In this document: one piece after another, positions 36,345-44,637 of the stretch
Layout: each line of letters opens with the position of its first letter
Numbering within the stretch: position 1 is the first letter of the stretch
NCBI GenBank assembly: GCA_040902655.1
Contig: JBBDWV010000014.1
Location: 32,952-96,951 of the forward strand
DNA length: 64,000 nucleotides
Direction of reading: 5' to 3'
From: Mycobacteriales bacterium
GTDB lineage: Bacteria; Actinomycetota; Actinomycetes; Mycobacteriales; SCTD01
Translations under genes and position numbers: made by a program
Notes under the pieces: generated by a model
Seen by the model: only the letters and a program-made list of their open reading frames with translations
Told to the model about the DNA's origin: nothing
Database searches by the model: none

Positions 36345-37327
36345 CGCTGCACCGCGGACTTCTCCTTCAGCGGCCGCCACCACGCCTCGTTCTCGCGGTA
36401 CCACCGCACCGTCTCGGCCAGTCCCTCCTCGAACGAGTGCTGCGGCGCGTAACCCATCGCCGCGAGCTTGCTGTGGTCGACGGAGTAGCGCAGGTCGTGG
36501 CCCTTGCGGTCCTGCACCCGCTCGACCATGTCCCAGCCGGCCCCCAGGGCGTCGAGCAGGTGCCCGGTGAGCTCGAGGTTCGACATCTCGCGCCCGCCGC
36601 CGATGTTGTAGGACTCCCCGGCCGCGCCGCGCTCGGCCACCAGCTGGATGCCCCGGCAGTGGTCGTCGACGTGCAGCCAGTCACGGACGTTCGCCCCCTC
36701 GCCGTAGAGCGGGACCTTCCTCCCGTCGAGCAGGTTGGTGACGAACAGCGGGACGACCTTCTCCGGGAACTGGTAGGGCCCGTAGTTGTTGCTGCACCGC
36801 GTCGTCGAGATGTGCAGGCCGTACGTCACGCCGTACGCGCGGGCGAGCAGCTCGGCGCCGGCCTTCGCCGCGGAGTACGGGCTGTTCGGCAGCAGCGGCT
36901 CGTCCTCGGTCCACGAGCCGCTCTCGATCGAGCCGTAGACCTCGTCGGTACCGATGTGCACCACCCGGGGGGTGCCGGCCCGCAGGCAGGCGTCGAACAG
37001 CGTCTGCGCCCCGAGCACGTTGGTGACCACGAAGTCCTGCGCCCCGGTGATCGAGCGGTCCACATGGGTCTCGGCGGCGAAGTTGACGACCACGTCGTGC
37101 CCCGGCAGCACCTGGTCCAGCAGGGCACCGTCGACGAGGTCGCCCTGTACGAACCGGTAGCGCGGCGAGTCGGCGACCGACGCGAGGTTCTCGAGGTTCC
37201 CGGCGTAGGTGAGCTTGTCGTAGACGGTCACCTCCGCCCCCGCGTACGCCGGATAGGCGCCGGCCAGCAGCGAGCGGACGTAGTGGGACCCGATGAAGCC
37301 GGCACCGCCGGTGACGAAGACGCGCAT
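36341..37327 (-). CDS. rmlB: dTDP-glucose 4,6-dehydratase
   Basis: MRVFVTGGAGFIGSHYV, YSAAKAGAELL (YxxxK), NNYGPYQFPEK. ATG at 37327. Confidence 0.92.
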   Translation of the reverse strand: MRVFVTGGAGFIGSHYVRSLLAGAYPAYAGAEVTVYDKLTYAGNLENLASVADSPRYRFVQGDLVDGALLDQVLPGHDVVVNFAAETHVDRSITGAQDFVVTNVLGAQTLFDACLRAGTPRVVHIGTDEVYGSIESGSWTEDEPLLPNSPYSAAKAGAELLARAYGVTYGLHISTTRCSNNYGPYQFPEKVVPLFVTNLLDGRKVPLYGEGANVRDWLHVDDHCRGIQLVAERGAAGESYNIGGGREMSNLELTGHLLDALGAGWDMVERVQDRKGHDLRYSVDHSKLAAMGYAPQHSFEEGLAETVRWYRENEAWWRPLKEKSAVQR

Positions 37328-37353
37328 GGGACGGAAGTCTCCCAGACGGCGAG

Positions 37354-38418
37354 CTAGGCGATCGAGACGCGGCTGTGGTCGCCGAGCATCAGCCGGTGTG
37401 CCCGCGGGAGCGCGCTGGAGGGCACCACCTCGACCTGCTTGCCGATGAGGCTGTCCTCGATCCGGCCGACGCCGCGGATCGAGGACTGCTCGAGCACGAT
37501 CGAGTGCTCGATCTCGGTGTCCTCCAGCGTGCAGCCGAAGTAGATCGAGGTGAAGGGCCCGACGTAGGTGTCGCGCAGGACCGTGTCGCGGCCGATGATC
37601 GCCGGCCCGCGGACGGTCGAGCGCTCGACCACCGCGCCCTCCTCCACGACCACCCGGCCGGTCAGGACGGAGTCGGCGTCGACGGAGCCGCGGACGGCCG
37701 GCTCGAGGGACTCCAGCACCTTGCGGTTGCACTCGAGCATGTCCTCGAGACGCCCGGTGTCCTTCCAGTAGCCGGTGACCAGGTGCGGGCGCACGTCGCG
37801 GCCCTCGTCGATCAGCCACTGCAGCGCGTCGGTGATCTCCAGCTCGCCGCGGGCCGACGGCTTGATCGCCCGCACGGCGTCGTGCACGACCGGGCGGAAC
37901 ATGTAGACGCCGACCAGGGCCAGATCGCTGCGCGGCTCCTTCGGCTTCTCCACCAGCGTCGTGACGCCGCCGTGCGGCCCGAGCTCCGCCACCCCGAACT
38001 GCGACGGGTTCTCCACCCGCGTCAGCAGGATCTGCGCGTCGTAGGTCCCGGCGCGGAACTCCTGGACCAGCTCGGTGATGCCGCCGATGATGAAGTTGTC
38101 GCCGAGGTACATGACGAAGTCGTCGGCACCGAGGAAGTCCTGCGCGATGAGCACGCAGTGCGCGAGGCCGAGCGGCGCGGTCTGCCGGATGTAGGTGACG
38201 CGGATCCCGAGCGCGGAGCCGTCGCCCACCGCCGCCTCGATCTCGGCGTGGGTGTCCCCGACGATGATCCCGACCTCGGTGACGCCTGCGTCGCGGATCG
38301 CCTCGAGGCCGTAGAAGAGCACCGGCTTGTTGGCGACCGGCACGAGCTGCTTGGCACTGGTATGGGTGATCGGGCGCAGGCGGGTGCCCGCGCCGCCGGA
38401 CAGCACGAGTGCCTTCAT
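37354..38418 (-). CDS. rmlA: glucose-1-phosphate thymidylyltransferase (long form with LbH C-terminus)
   Basis: MKALVLSGGAGTRLRPITHTSAKQLVPVANKPVLFYGLE. 354 aa. ATG at 38418. Confidence 0.9.
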   Translation of the reverse strand: MKALVLSGGAGTRLRPITHTSAKQLVPVANKPVLFYGLEAIRDAGVTEVGIIVGDTHAEIEAAVGDGSALGIRVTYIRQTAPLGLAHCVLIAQDFLGADDFVMYLGDNFIIGGITELVQEFRAGTYDAQILLTRVENPSQFGVAELGPHGGVTTLVEKPKEPRSDLALVGVYMFRPVVHDAVRAIKPSARGELEITDALQWLIDEGRDVRPHLVTGYWKDTGRLEDMLECNRKVLESLEPAVRGSVDADSVLTGRVVVEEGAVVERSTVRGPAIIGRDTVLRDTYVGPFTSIYFGCTLEDTEIEHSIVLEQSSIRGVGRIEDSLIGKQVEVVPSSALPRAHRLMLGDHSRVSIA

Positions 38419-38548
38419 GTCGCAGCAGGCTAGTCGTGTCGCCGCCGCGGTGATCGCCGAGTCGCTACCCTGGGGCACGGGCGGGGAACCTCGCCGCAGC
38501 CGAACACGTCCTCGGGGTGGACGACCCTGCGACGAGGAGACTTCTCCG

Positions 38549-40237
38549 GTGACGGACCCGAGGGACTGGAAGGCCGGCGGCGAGCAGCCGCCGGCCGAGC
38601 GTCCCCGCGCGAACGAGCTGCCGGCACACCTGGACCCGCGGGGCCCGAGGCACGGCGTGCCGCCCCGGCCGCCGCGCACCGTGCCGCCACGCAAGCCCGG
38701 GTCCGCACGGCACGCGGCCGGCGGTCGCCCGGTGTCCGCCGCCGGGATGCGGGGACGAGCGACCTGGTCCGGTTCGGGGGCGGTCCTGCCGGACACGCCG
38801 CCGCCCCGCCGGCGCCGGGCAGCGCGGGTGATGTCGTGGATCGCGGTGGTCACGTCGGTGTCGATCCTGGCCGCCGCGGGAGCGGGCTGGGCGCTGCTCA
38901 GCTTCTACGACGGCAAGATCAACCGGATCCCCGGCCTGGACATCGGCACGCGCCCGGCCGACCTGCCGCGGGACGCGAAGAACATCCTCATCGTCGGCTC
39001 GGACAGCCGCGGTGATCTGAAGCCGGGCGAGGGCACCCAGGGCACGGGCAAGAACTTCGTCAGCGGCCAGCGCTCCGACACCGTCATCCTGGCGCACCTC
39101 TACGGTGACGCCGACCAGGCGCAGCTCATCAGCTTCCCCCGCGACGCATGGGTGGAGATCCCCGAGCACACCGACCTCGAGACGGGCGAGTTCGTCCAGG
39201 CCCGGATGGGCAAGCTGAACATCGCCTTCTTCGAGGGGGGGCCGCCGCTGCTGATCCGGACGATCTCGCAGCTCACCGGCCTCTACGTCGACCACTACAT
39301 GCAGATCGACTTCGACGGCTTCCAGGCCATCGTCGACAAGCTCGACGGGGTCGAGGTCTGCCTGCCCAAGGCAGCCAAGGAGAAGGACTCGGGGATCGAT
39401 CTGCCGGCCGGCCGCTCGGTCATCAAGGGGGATCAGGCGCTGGCCTTCGTCCGCCAGCGCAAGGGTCTTCCGGGGGGTGACATCGACCGGATCGAGCGCC
39501 AGCAGCAGTTCATCGGCGCGATCGTGCGCAAGGTGCTGTCCGCCGGCACGCTGCTCAACCCGGTGCGGATCAACGGTGTCGTCACCGTCGCCACCGAGTC
39601 GCTGGAGGTGGACGAGGATCTGGGCAGGGGCGACCTGCAGAAGCTGGCGCTGCGCCTGCGCAACTTCGACGCCGGTGGCGTCGTCTTCACCACAGTGCCG
39701 ATCGAGAAGAGCAACGGCTACCGCCAGGGGCAGTCGGTGGTGCTGCTCGACGAGGCCGAGGGGGCGGTGCTGTTCGACCAGTTGCGCCGGGACCAGGCAC
39801 CTGCCGCCCCCGAGAAGCCGGGGAAGGGCGCGGAGCCGTCGGAGCCGCTCATCGTCGCTCCCGACAAGGTGCGGGTCCGCGTCTACAACAGCGCGGGGGC
39901 GCAGGGTCTGGCCCGCCAGGCAGCCGGCGAGCTCGAGCGGGTGGGCTTCCAGATCGTCGGCGAGCCCGGCAACCGGGGCAGCGGCGCCGAGCAGACGGTG
40001 GTCGTGCACGGGTCGGACAAGGCCGATTCGGCGCGCACCCTGGCCGCCGCCCTCCCCGGAGCCGACCTGCGGCTGGATCCGGCCCTGGACGGCAAGCCGC
40101 TCGAGGTCCTGGTCGGCTCCTCGTTCACCACCGCCAGGGAGGTCACCGTCCAGGGCGGTCGCACGTCGAGGCCAGCCGCTGCCTCGCCGACCTCTGCGCC
40201 GGTCGTGACCGCGGCGCAGGACCCCTGCGCGGCATGA
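38549..40237 (+). CDS. LCP (LytR-CpsA-Psr) family glycopolymer-peptidoglycan ligase with LytR_C domain
   Basis: In-frame part of ORF 38327..40237. GTG at 38549 with GAGGAG 9 nt upstream. TM anchor WIAVVTSVSILAAAGAGWALL. ILIVGSDSR, RSDTVILAHL, ISFPRDAWVEIP. VRVRVYNSAGAQGLARQAAGELERVGF. Confidence 0.85.
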   Translation: MTDPRDWKAGGEQPPAERPRANELPAHLDPRGPRHGVPPRPPRTVPPRKPGSARHAAGGRPVSAAGMRGRATWSGSGAVLPDTPPPRRRRAARVMSWIAVVTSVSILAAAGAGWALLSFYDGKINRIPGLDIGTRPADLPRDAKNILIVGSDSRGDLKPGEGTQGTGKNFVSGQRSDTVILAHLYGDADQAQLISFPRDAWVEIPEHTDLETGEFVQARMGKLNIAFFEGGPPLLIRTISQLTGLYVDHYMQIDFDGFQAIVDKLDGVEVCLPKAAKEKDSGIDLPAGRSVIKGDQALAFVRQRKGLPGGDIDRIERQQQFIGAIVRKVLSAGTLLNPVRINGVVTVATESLEVDEDLGRGDLQKLALRLRNFDAGGVVFTTVPIEKSNGYRQGQSVVLLDEAEGAVLFDQLRRDQAPAAPEKPGKGAEPSEPLIVAPDKVRVRVYNSAGAQGLARQAAGELERVGFQIVGEPGNRGSGAEQTVVVHGSDKADSARTLAAALPGADLRLDPALDGKPLEVLVGSSFTTAREVTVQGGRTSRPAAASPTSAPVVTAAQDPCAA

Positions 40238-40956
40238 CCGGCCTGACCGCCTGGACCGGCGGCCTGGCCGGCGAGCGCGACCCGGCGCAGCCGCTGCTGA
40301 CCCTGCACGACGGCCCGGCGCGGGTCGAGCTGTCCGGCGCCACCACCGCCAACTGGGTCGCGAAGTCGGCCAACCTGCTCGTCGACGGGCTGGGCGGGCC
40401 ACAGCGGGTCGGTCTTCTGCTGCCCCTGCACTGGCAGAGCGTCGCCCTGCTGCTGGCCGGTGTCGCCACCGGCGCGACCGTCGTCCTGGCCCGCGATGCC
40501 GCCGGGCTGGCCGGCTGTGACGCCGCCTTCACCACCGAAGAGCAGGCGGCGGGCGCGCTCGACGCCGGCGTGGACGATGTCCTCGCCCTGTCCGGCCACC
40601 CGCTCGGGGCGCCCTGCGGGCCGCTGCCGGCGATGGTGACCGACTACGCCCGCGAGGTCCCGTCCTACGGCGACGGCTGGGGCGGTCCCCGTCCGGCGGA
40701 CGTCCGGATCGAGGTGGCGGGCGCCGTGCTGAGCGACCTGCCGCCGTACCCCGTCACGACCGCCGACCGGGTGCTGTTCGCGACGTCGCTGGGCGAGCCG
40801 GTCGGCCTGGCGGCGCTGCTCGCCGTGCTGCGCGCCGGCGCCGCGCTGGTCCTGCTGCCCGACCCGACGTCGGTCGATCTCGCACGGGTCGCGGCGGACG
40901 AACGGGCCACCGCGACCTGGGGCGTCACACAGCCGGACCTGCCTGCCCTGGGGTGA
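40234..40956 (+). CDS. conserved actinobacterial protein of unknown function (TIGR03089-like, adenylate-forming-enzyme remnant)
   Basis: 240 aa. ATGA overlap with the LCP gene. LLTLHDGPARVELSGATTANWVAKSANLLVDGLG. Same position as Rv3268 next to Rv3267 in M. tuberculosis (from memory). Confidence 0.65.
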   Translation: MTGLTAWTGGLAGERDPAQPLLTLHDGPARVELSGATTANWVAKSANLLVDGLGGPQRVGLLLPLHWQSVALLLAGVATGATVVLARDAAGLAGCDAAFTTEEQAAGALDAGVDDVLALSGHPLGAPCGPLPAMVTDYAREVPSYGDGWGGPRPADVRIEVAGAVLSDLPPYPVTTADRVLFATSLGEPVGLAALLAVLRAGAALVLLPDPTSVDLARVAADERATATWGVTQPDLPALG

Positions 40957-41050
40957 AGGAAAGGCGCCGGGCGACCGACCTGAGGAGCACCCCCTGACGT
41001 GCGACCATCGTGGTCGCCGCAGTCCCTCCCGGAGCAGGAGCCGTCCTCCC

Positions 41051-41953
41051 GTGCCCTACCGCTCGTCTGCACCGCGCTCGGCGCGCACCGCCATGCCCGC
41101 CGTGCTGGCCGGGCTGGCGCTGCTGATCACCGCCTGCGGCTCCTCCTCGGCCGCTGAACCGGCAGCTGCGAAGGCGTACTCCGCCGACGTGCGCGACGTC
41201 GCGCTCGAGGTCGGCGGCCACCAGCGCAGCTACCTGCTCCAGCCGGCCCGGCGCCTGGCACCGGGCGAACGGTCGGCCCTGGTGGTCGTCCTGCACCAGG
41301 AGGGCGGCACCCCGCGCGGCGTGGCCGCCGAGACCGACCTGGCCGCGCTGCGGGCGCGCGGTGCGACGCTGGCCTACCCGGCCGGCGTGGACCGGTCCTG
41401 GGACGCCGGCGCCTGCTGCGGCCCGCCCAAGGCCGCCGGCATCGACGACATCGCGTTTCTCGAAGCCGTCTTCGCCGATGCCGCCGAGCAGGCGCCCGTC
41501 GACCCGGCCCGCACCGCCCTGGTCGGCTACTCCAGCGGCGGCATGCTCACCTACCGCTACGCCTGCGCCCGCCCCGGCCGGCTGGCCGCTGCGGTGGTCG
41601 TCAGCGGCTCGCTGGAGAGCCCGTGCGGTCAGGCGATCACGACACCGGACGTGCTGGCGCTGCACGGCAAGGCGGACGGCACCATCGGGCTCGATCGACC
41701 CGTCTTCATCGAGGCGCTCGGGCTGGCGCCCCGGCCCGTGGTCAGCAGCCTGGGCATCTTCACCAGGAGCGCCGGCTGCCCGGCAGCCCCCCGCACCACT
41801 CTGCTGCCGGACGCCGAAGTCCGCCGCTGGGTCGGCTGCCGCGGCGGCGACGTCGAGGCGATGCTCGTCGAGCGGGCCGGACACGGCTGGGCCAAGCTGG
41901 ACGCCTCCCGCCGGACCAGCGAGTTCCTGTCGGCCCACCTGATGATCGGTTGA
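41051..41953 (+). CDS. secreted esterase lipoprotein, PHB-depolymerase / LpqC-like family
   Basis: 300 aa. Lipobox LALLITACGSS, nucleophile elbow GYSSGGMLTYRYAC, LHGKADGTIG. Confidence 0.75.
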   Translation: MPYRSSAPRSARTAMPAVLAGLALLITACGSSSAAEPAAAKAYSADVRDVALEVGGHQRSYLLQPARRLAPGERSALVVVLHQEGGTPRGVAAETDLAALRARGATLAYPAGVDRSWDAGACCGPPKAAGIDDIAFLEAVFADAAEQAPVDPARTALVGYSSGGMLTYRYACARPGRLAAAVVVSGSLESPCGQAITTPDVLALHGKADGTIGLDRPVFIEALGLAPRPVVSSLGIFTRSAGCPAAPRTTLLPDAEVRRWVGCRGGDVEAMLVERAGHGWAKLDASRRTSEFLSAHLMIG

Positions 41954-41957
41954 CCCC

Positions 41958-42968
41958 GTGCCCCTGACCGCGACGACACGGCGGCTGGCTGCGGTGGGGC
42001 TGATGGTGCGGCGCCCGGCGGTGCTGGCCGCGCTCGCGGTGCTGGTCGCGGCCGGGACGCTCCTGCCGTTCGCCCTGTCCGCAGCGCCCGCCGTCTCGGC
42101 GACCTCCCCCTCTCTCGCCGAGCCGCTCCCCCCGCCGGCCGTGCCGACGGCACGACCGGCCGCTCCCGTGCCGCAGGTCGGCCCCGGCACCCCCGGCGGC
42201 GACAGCAGACGGATGACCCTGCAGTCCGGCGGCCTGGAGCGGACCTACTTCCTGCTGCCGGCCCTCGGGCTCGAGCCGGGCGAGAAGGCGTCGCTGCTGG
42301 TCGTGCTGCACCAGGACGTGAGCAGCGGCCGCGAGATCGCCAAGGACCTCGGTCTGGACCCACTGCGCCGGGACGGCGTCACGCTGGCCTATCCCAACGG
42401 CTTCGGCGGCTCGTGGAACTCCGGCGCGTGCTGCGGCATCGCCGCGCAGCAGGACATCGACGACGTCGGCTTCGTCAACGCCGTGCTGGACGACGTCGGC
42501 CGGCACACCCCGGTCGACCCGGCCCGGAGGGCGCTGCTGGGTTACTCGGGCGGCGGCATGCTCGCCTACCGCCTGCTGTGCGGCGAGCACCCTCCGCTGG
42601 TGGCTGCCGTCGAGATCAACGGCAGCCTCGAGGCGCACTGCCGCAACGGCCTGGCGGTGCCCGACCTGCTCTCTGTGCACGGCGAGAAGGACGGCAGCAT
42701 CGGCGTCACCACCTCGCGCTTCGTCAACCATCTGCACATGGCTCCGCGGTCGGTCGCCTCGACGCTGGCCACGGTCACCGGCCAGGCCGGCTGCAACGAG
42801 CAGCGGACCAGCCGGTCCAACGGCATCGAGCTGTGGCGCTGGGACGGCTGCCGCGGTGGCGGCACCGTCGAGGTGCAGATCGTGCCGGGCGCCGGTCACG
42901 GCTGGGCCGACGTCGGCGGCGCCGAACGTGCGCTGAGCTGGCTGCGTCCGCGGCTGTCCCGCCGCTAG
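41958..42968 (+). CDS. secreted esterase, PHB-depolymerase / LpqC-like family (tandem paralog)
   Basis: 336 aa. Signal-like N-terminus, GYSGGGMLAYRLLCG, VHGEKDGSIG. Confidence 0.75.
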   Translation: MPLTATTRRLAAVGLMVRRPAVLAALAVLVAAGTLLPFALSAAPAVSATSPSLAEPLPPPAVPTARPAAPVPQVGPGTPGGDSRRMTLQSGGLERTYFLLPALGLEPGEKASLLVVLHQDVSSGREIAKDLGLDPLRRDGVTLAYPNGFGGSWNSGACCGIAAQQDIDDVGFVNAVLDDVGRHTPVDPARRALLGYSGGGMLAYRLLCGEHPPLVAAVEINGSLEAHCRNGLAVPDLLSVHGEKDGSIGVTTSRFVNHLHMAPRSVASTLATVTGQAGCNEQRTSRSNGIELWRWDGCRGGGTVEVQIVPGAGHGWADVGGAERALSWLRPRLSRR

Positions 42969-42999
42969 GCCATCGCTGGACCGGCCTCGGCGGCTGTCG

Positions 43000-43215
43000 C
43001 TACTGAAGCTGAGCCGGTGTCCGCAGGAGCCATCGGGCGTCGCCGCCCTCGCTCGTGTAGCGCTCGGCGGAGTGCGGGCCGGCCTCGTCCGCCAGATCCA
43101 TCAGCAGGGTCAGCGGCACACCGTCGCGCAACAGGGCGAAGGTGTGGCGGACCAGACCCGGCACGTCGGCGGCCGAGGGGCGGGCAGGAAGCAGTGCTGC
43201 GGCGGACGTCTCCAC
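43000..43215 (-). CDS. small hypothetical protein (71 aa)
   Basis: ORF 43000..43248. The GTG at 43215 is preferred because AAGGAGA lies 6 nt upstream. GC3 rises after this start. No family recognised. Confidence 0.45.
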   Translation of the reverse strand: METSAAALLPARPSAADVPGLVRHTFALLRDGVPLTLLMDLADEAGPHSAERYTSEGGDARWLLRTPAQLQ

Positions 43216-43330
43216 GTCGTCTCCTTCATCGGGTCGGACCCCCTGCATCGGAGGCCGGCACCGACCGGAACACGCCCGAACGGGTGCTCAGGTCGCGATC
43301 CGGCGGCCGAGATGTGTCGCGCAGCGCGGT

Positions 43331-43376
43331 GTACACCACACGTCAACATTTCTCGATTGTTGACCTGTGGTGCACA
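43331..43376. repeat. 19-bp-arm inverted repeat (17/19 match) with AT-rich 9-nt centre
   Basis: tgtacaccacacgtcaaca (43331-43349), tttctcgat, tgttgacctgtggtgcaca (43358-43376). Flanked by imperfect direct repeats atgtgtcgcgcagcgc (43312-43327) and atgtctgcgcagcgc (43393-43407). Confidence 0.85.
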
Positions 43377-43411
43377 ACCCCCGGCAGCACACATGTCTGC
43401 GCAGCGCTGCG

Positions 43412-44575
43412 CTACGCCAGCAGCTGGCGCGCCATCACCATCCGCTGCACCTGGTTGGTGCCCTCGTAGATCTGGGTGATCTTGGCGTCGCGCATCATCC
43501 GCTCGACCGGGAAGTCGCGGGTGTAGCCGTAGCCGCCGAACAGCTGCACGGCATCGGTGGTCACCGACATCGCCGTGTCGGACGCGAAGGTCTTGCTCGC
43601 GCTGGACAGGAAGGTCAGGCCGGCGTCGCCCCGCTCGGCGCTGGCGTTCGCGACGTAGACCAGCTGGCGGGCCGCCTCCACCTTCATCGCCATGTCGGCG
43701 AGCAGGAACTGCACGCCCTGGAACTCGGCGACCGCCTTGCCGAACTGCTTGCGCTGCTTCACGTAGGCGATCGCCGCGTCCAACGCCCCCTGCGCGATGC
43801 CCACCGCCTGCGCACCGATCATCGACCGGGTGTGGTCCAGGGTCTTCAGCGCCGTGATGAAGCCGGTGCCCTCCTCGCCGATCATGCGGTCGGCCGGGAT
43901 GCGGCAGTCCTCGAAGTAGATCTCGCAGGTCGGGGAGCCCTTGATCCCCATCTTGCGCTCCTTCGTGCCGACCGAGAAGCCGGGATCGTCGGCGTGCACG
44001 ACGAACGCCGAGATGCCCTTGGGGCCCTTGCCCGGTTCGGTGCTCGCCAGCACCGTGTAGTGGGTGTTGACGCCGGCGCCGGTGATCCAGCACTTGGTGC
44101 CGTTCAGGACATAGCAGTCGCCGTCACGGACCGCCCGCGTCTTCATCGCGGCGGCATCCGACCCCGCCTCCCGCTCCGACAGGGCGTACGAGAACGTCGC
44201 CGTACCCGCAGCGACCTGCGGCAGGTAGCGCTCCTTGAGCTCCTCGGAGCCGGACAGGATCAGCCCCATGGTGCCGAGCTTGTTGCCGGCCACGATCAGC
44301 GAGCTGGACGCGCAGACGCGCGCGATCTCCTCGACCACGATCGAGTGCGCGATCCGGTCGGCGCCGGCCCCGCCGTACTGCTCCGGTACGTGGAGGGCGA
44401 GCAGGTCGGCGCGTCTGAGCTCCTCGTGGACGTCCCACGGGTACTCCGCCGTCTCGTCGATCTCGGCGGCCCGTGGGGCGATCTTGTCCTCCGCCAGCTC
44501 ACGGACGCTCTTGCGCAGCAGCGCATGCTCCTCGGTGACGGAGAACAGGCTGTAGGACGGGTCGCCGGCGTACAT
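43412..44575 (-). CDS. acyl-CoA dehydrogenase (short/branched-chain type)
   Basis: 387 aa. GGYGYTRDFPVERMMRDAKITQIYEGTNQVQRMV, typical ACAD N/M/C layout. Confidence 0.92.
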   Translation of the reverse strand: MYAGDPSYSLFSVTEEHALLRKSVRELAEDKIAPRAAEIDETAEYPWDVHEELRRADLLALHVPEQYGGAGADRIAHSIVVEEIARVCASSSLIVAGNKLGTMGLILSGSEELKERYLPQVAAGTATFSYALSEREAGSDAAAMKTRAVRDGDCYVLNGTKCWITGAGVNTHYTVLASTEPGKGPKGISAFVVHADDPGFSVGTKERKMGIKGSPTCEIYFEDCRIPADRMIGEEGTGFITALKTLDHTRSMIGAQAVGIAQGALDAAIAYVKQRKQFGKAVAEFQGVQFLLADMAMKVEAARQLVYVANASAERGDAGLTFLSSASKTFASDTAMSVTTDAVQLFGGYGYTRDFPVERMMRDAKITQIYEGTNQVQRMVMARQLLA

Positions 44576-44637
44576 GCCGCGATCGTATGCGGAGGCGCGC
44601 GATCGGCCGGCCGGACGTCGCCACTACCCTCTGCGAC

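Noticed and set aside
259-38418. Treating the glycan block as a mobile genomic island
   Set aside because: No integrase, transposase, tRNA, flanking direct repeats or obvious compositional break was seen. Insertion relative to the mycobacterial gene order does not imply recent mobility.
41001-41017. Small hairpin GCGACCA-TCG-TGGTCGC after the TIGR03089-like gene
   Set aside because: A 7-bp stem with a 3-nt loop and no U-tract. It could be a weak terminator but is not distinguishable from background.
44576-44637. Two CGCGATCG motifs in the 62-bp divergent spacer between the acyl-CoA dehydrogenase and the UDP-sugar dehydrogenase
   Set aside because: These are 8-mers of high-GC composition with no clear dyad symmetry. 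Insufficient evidence for a regulatory site.
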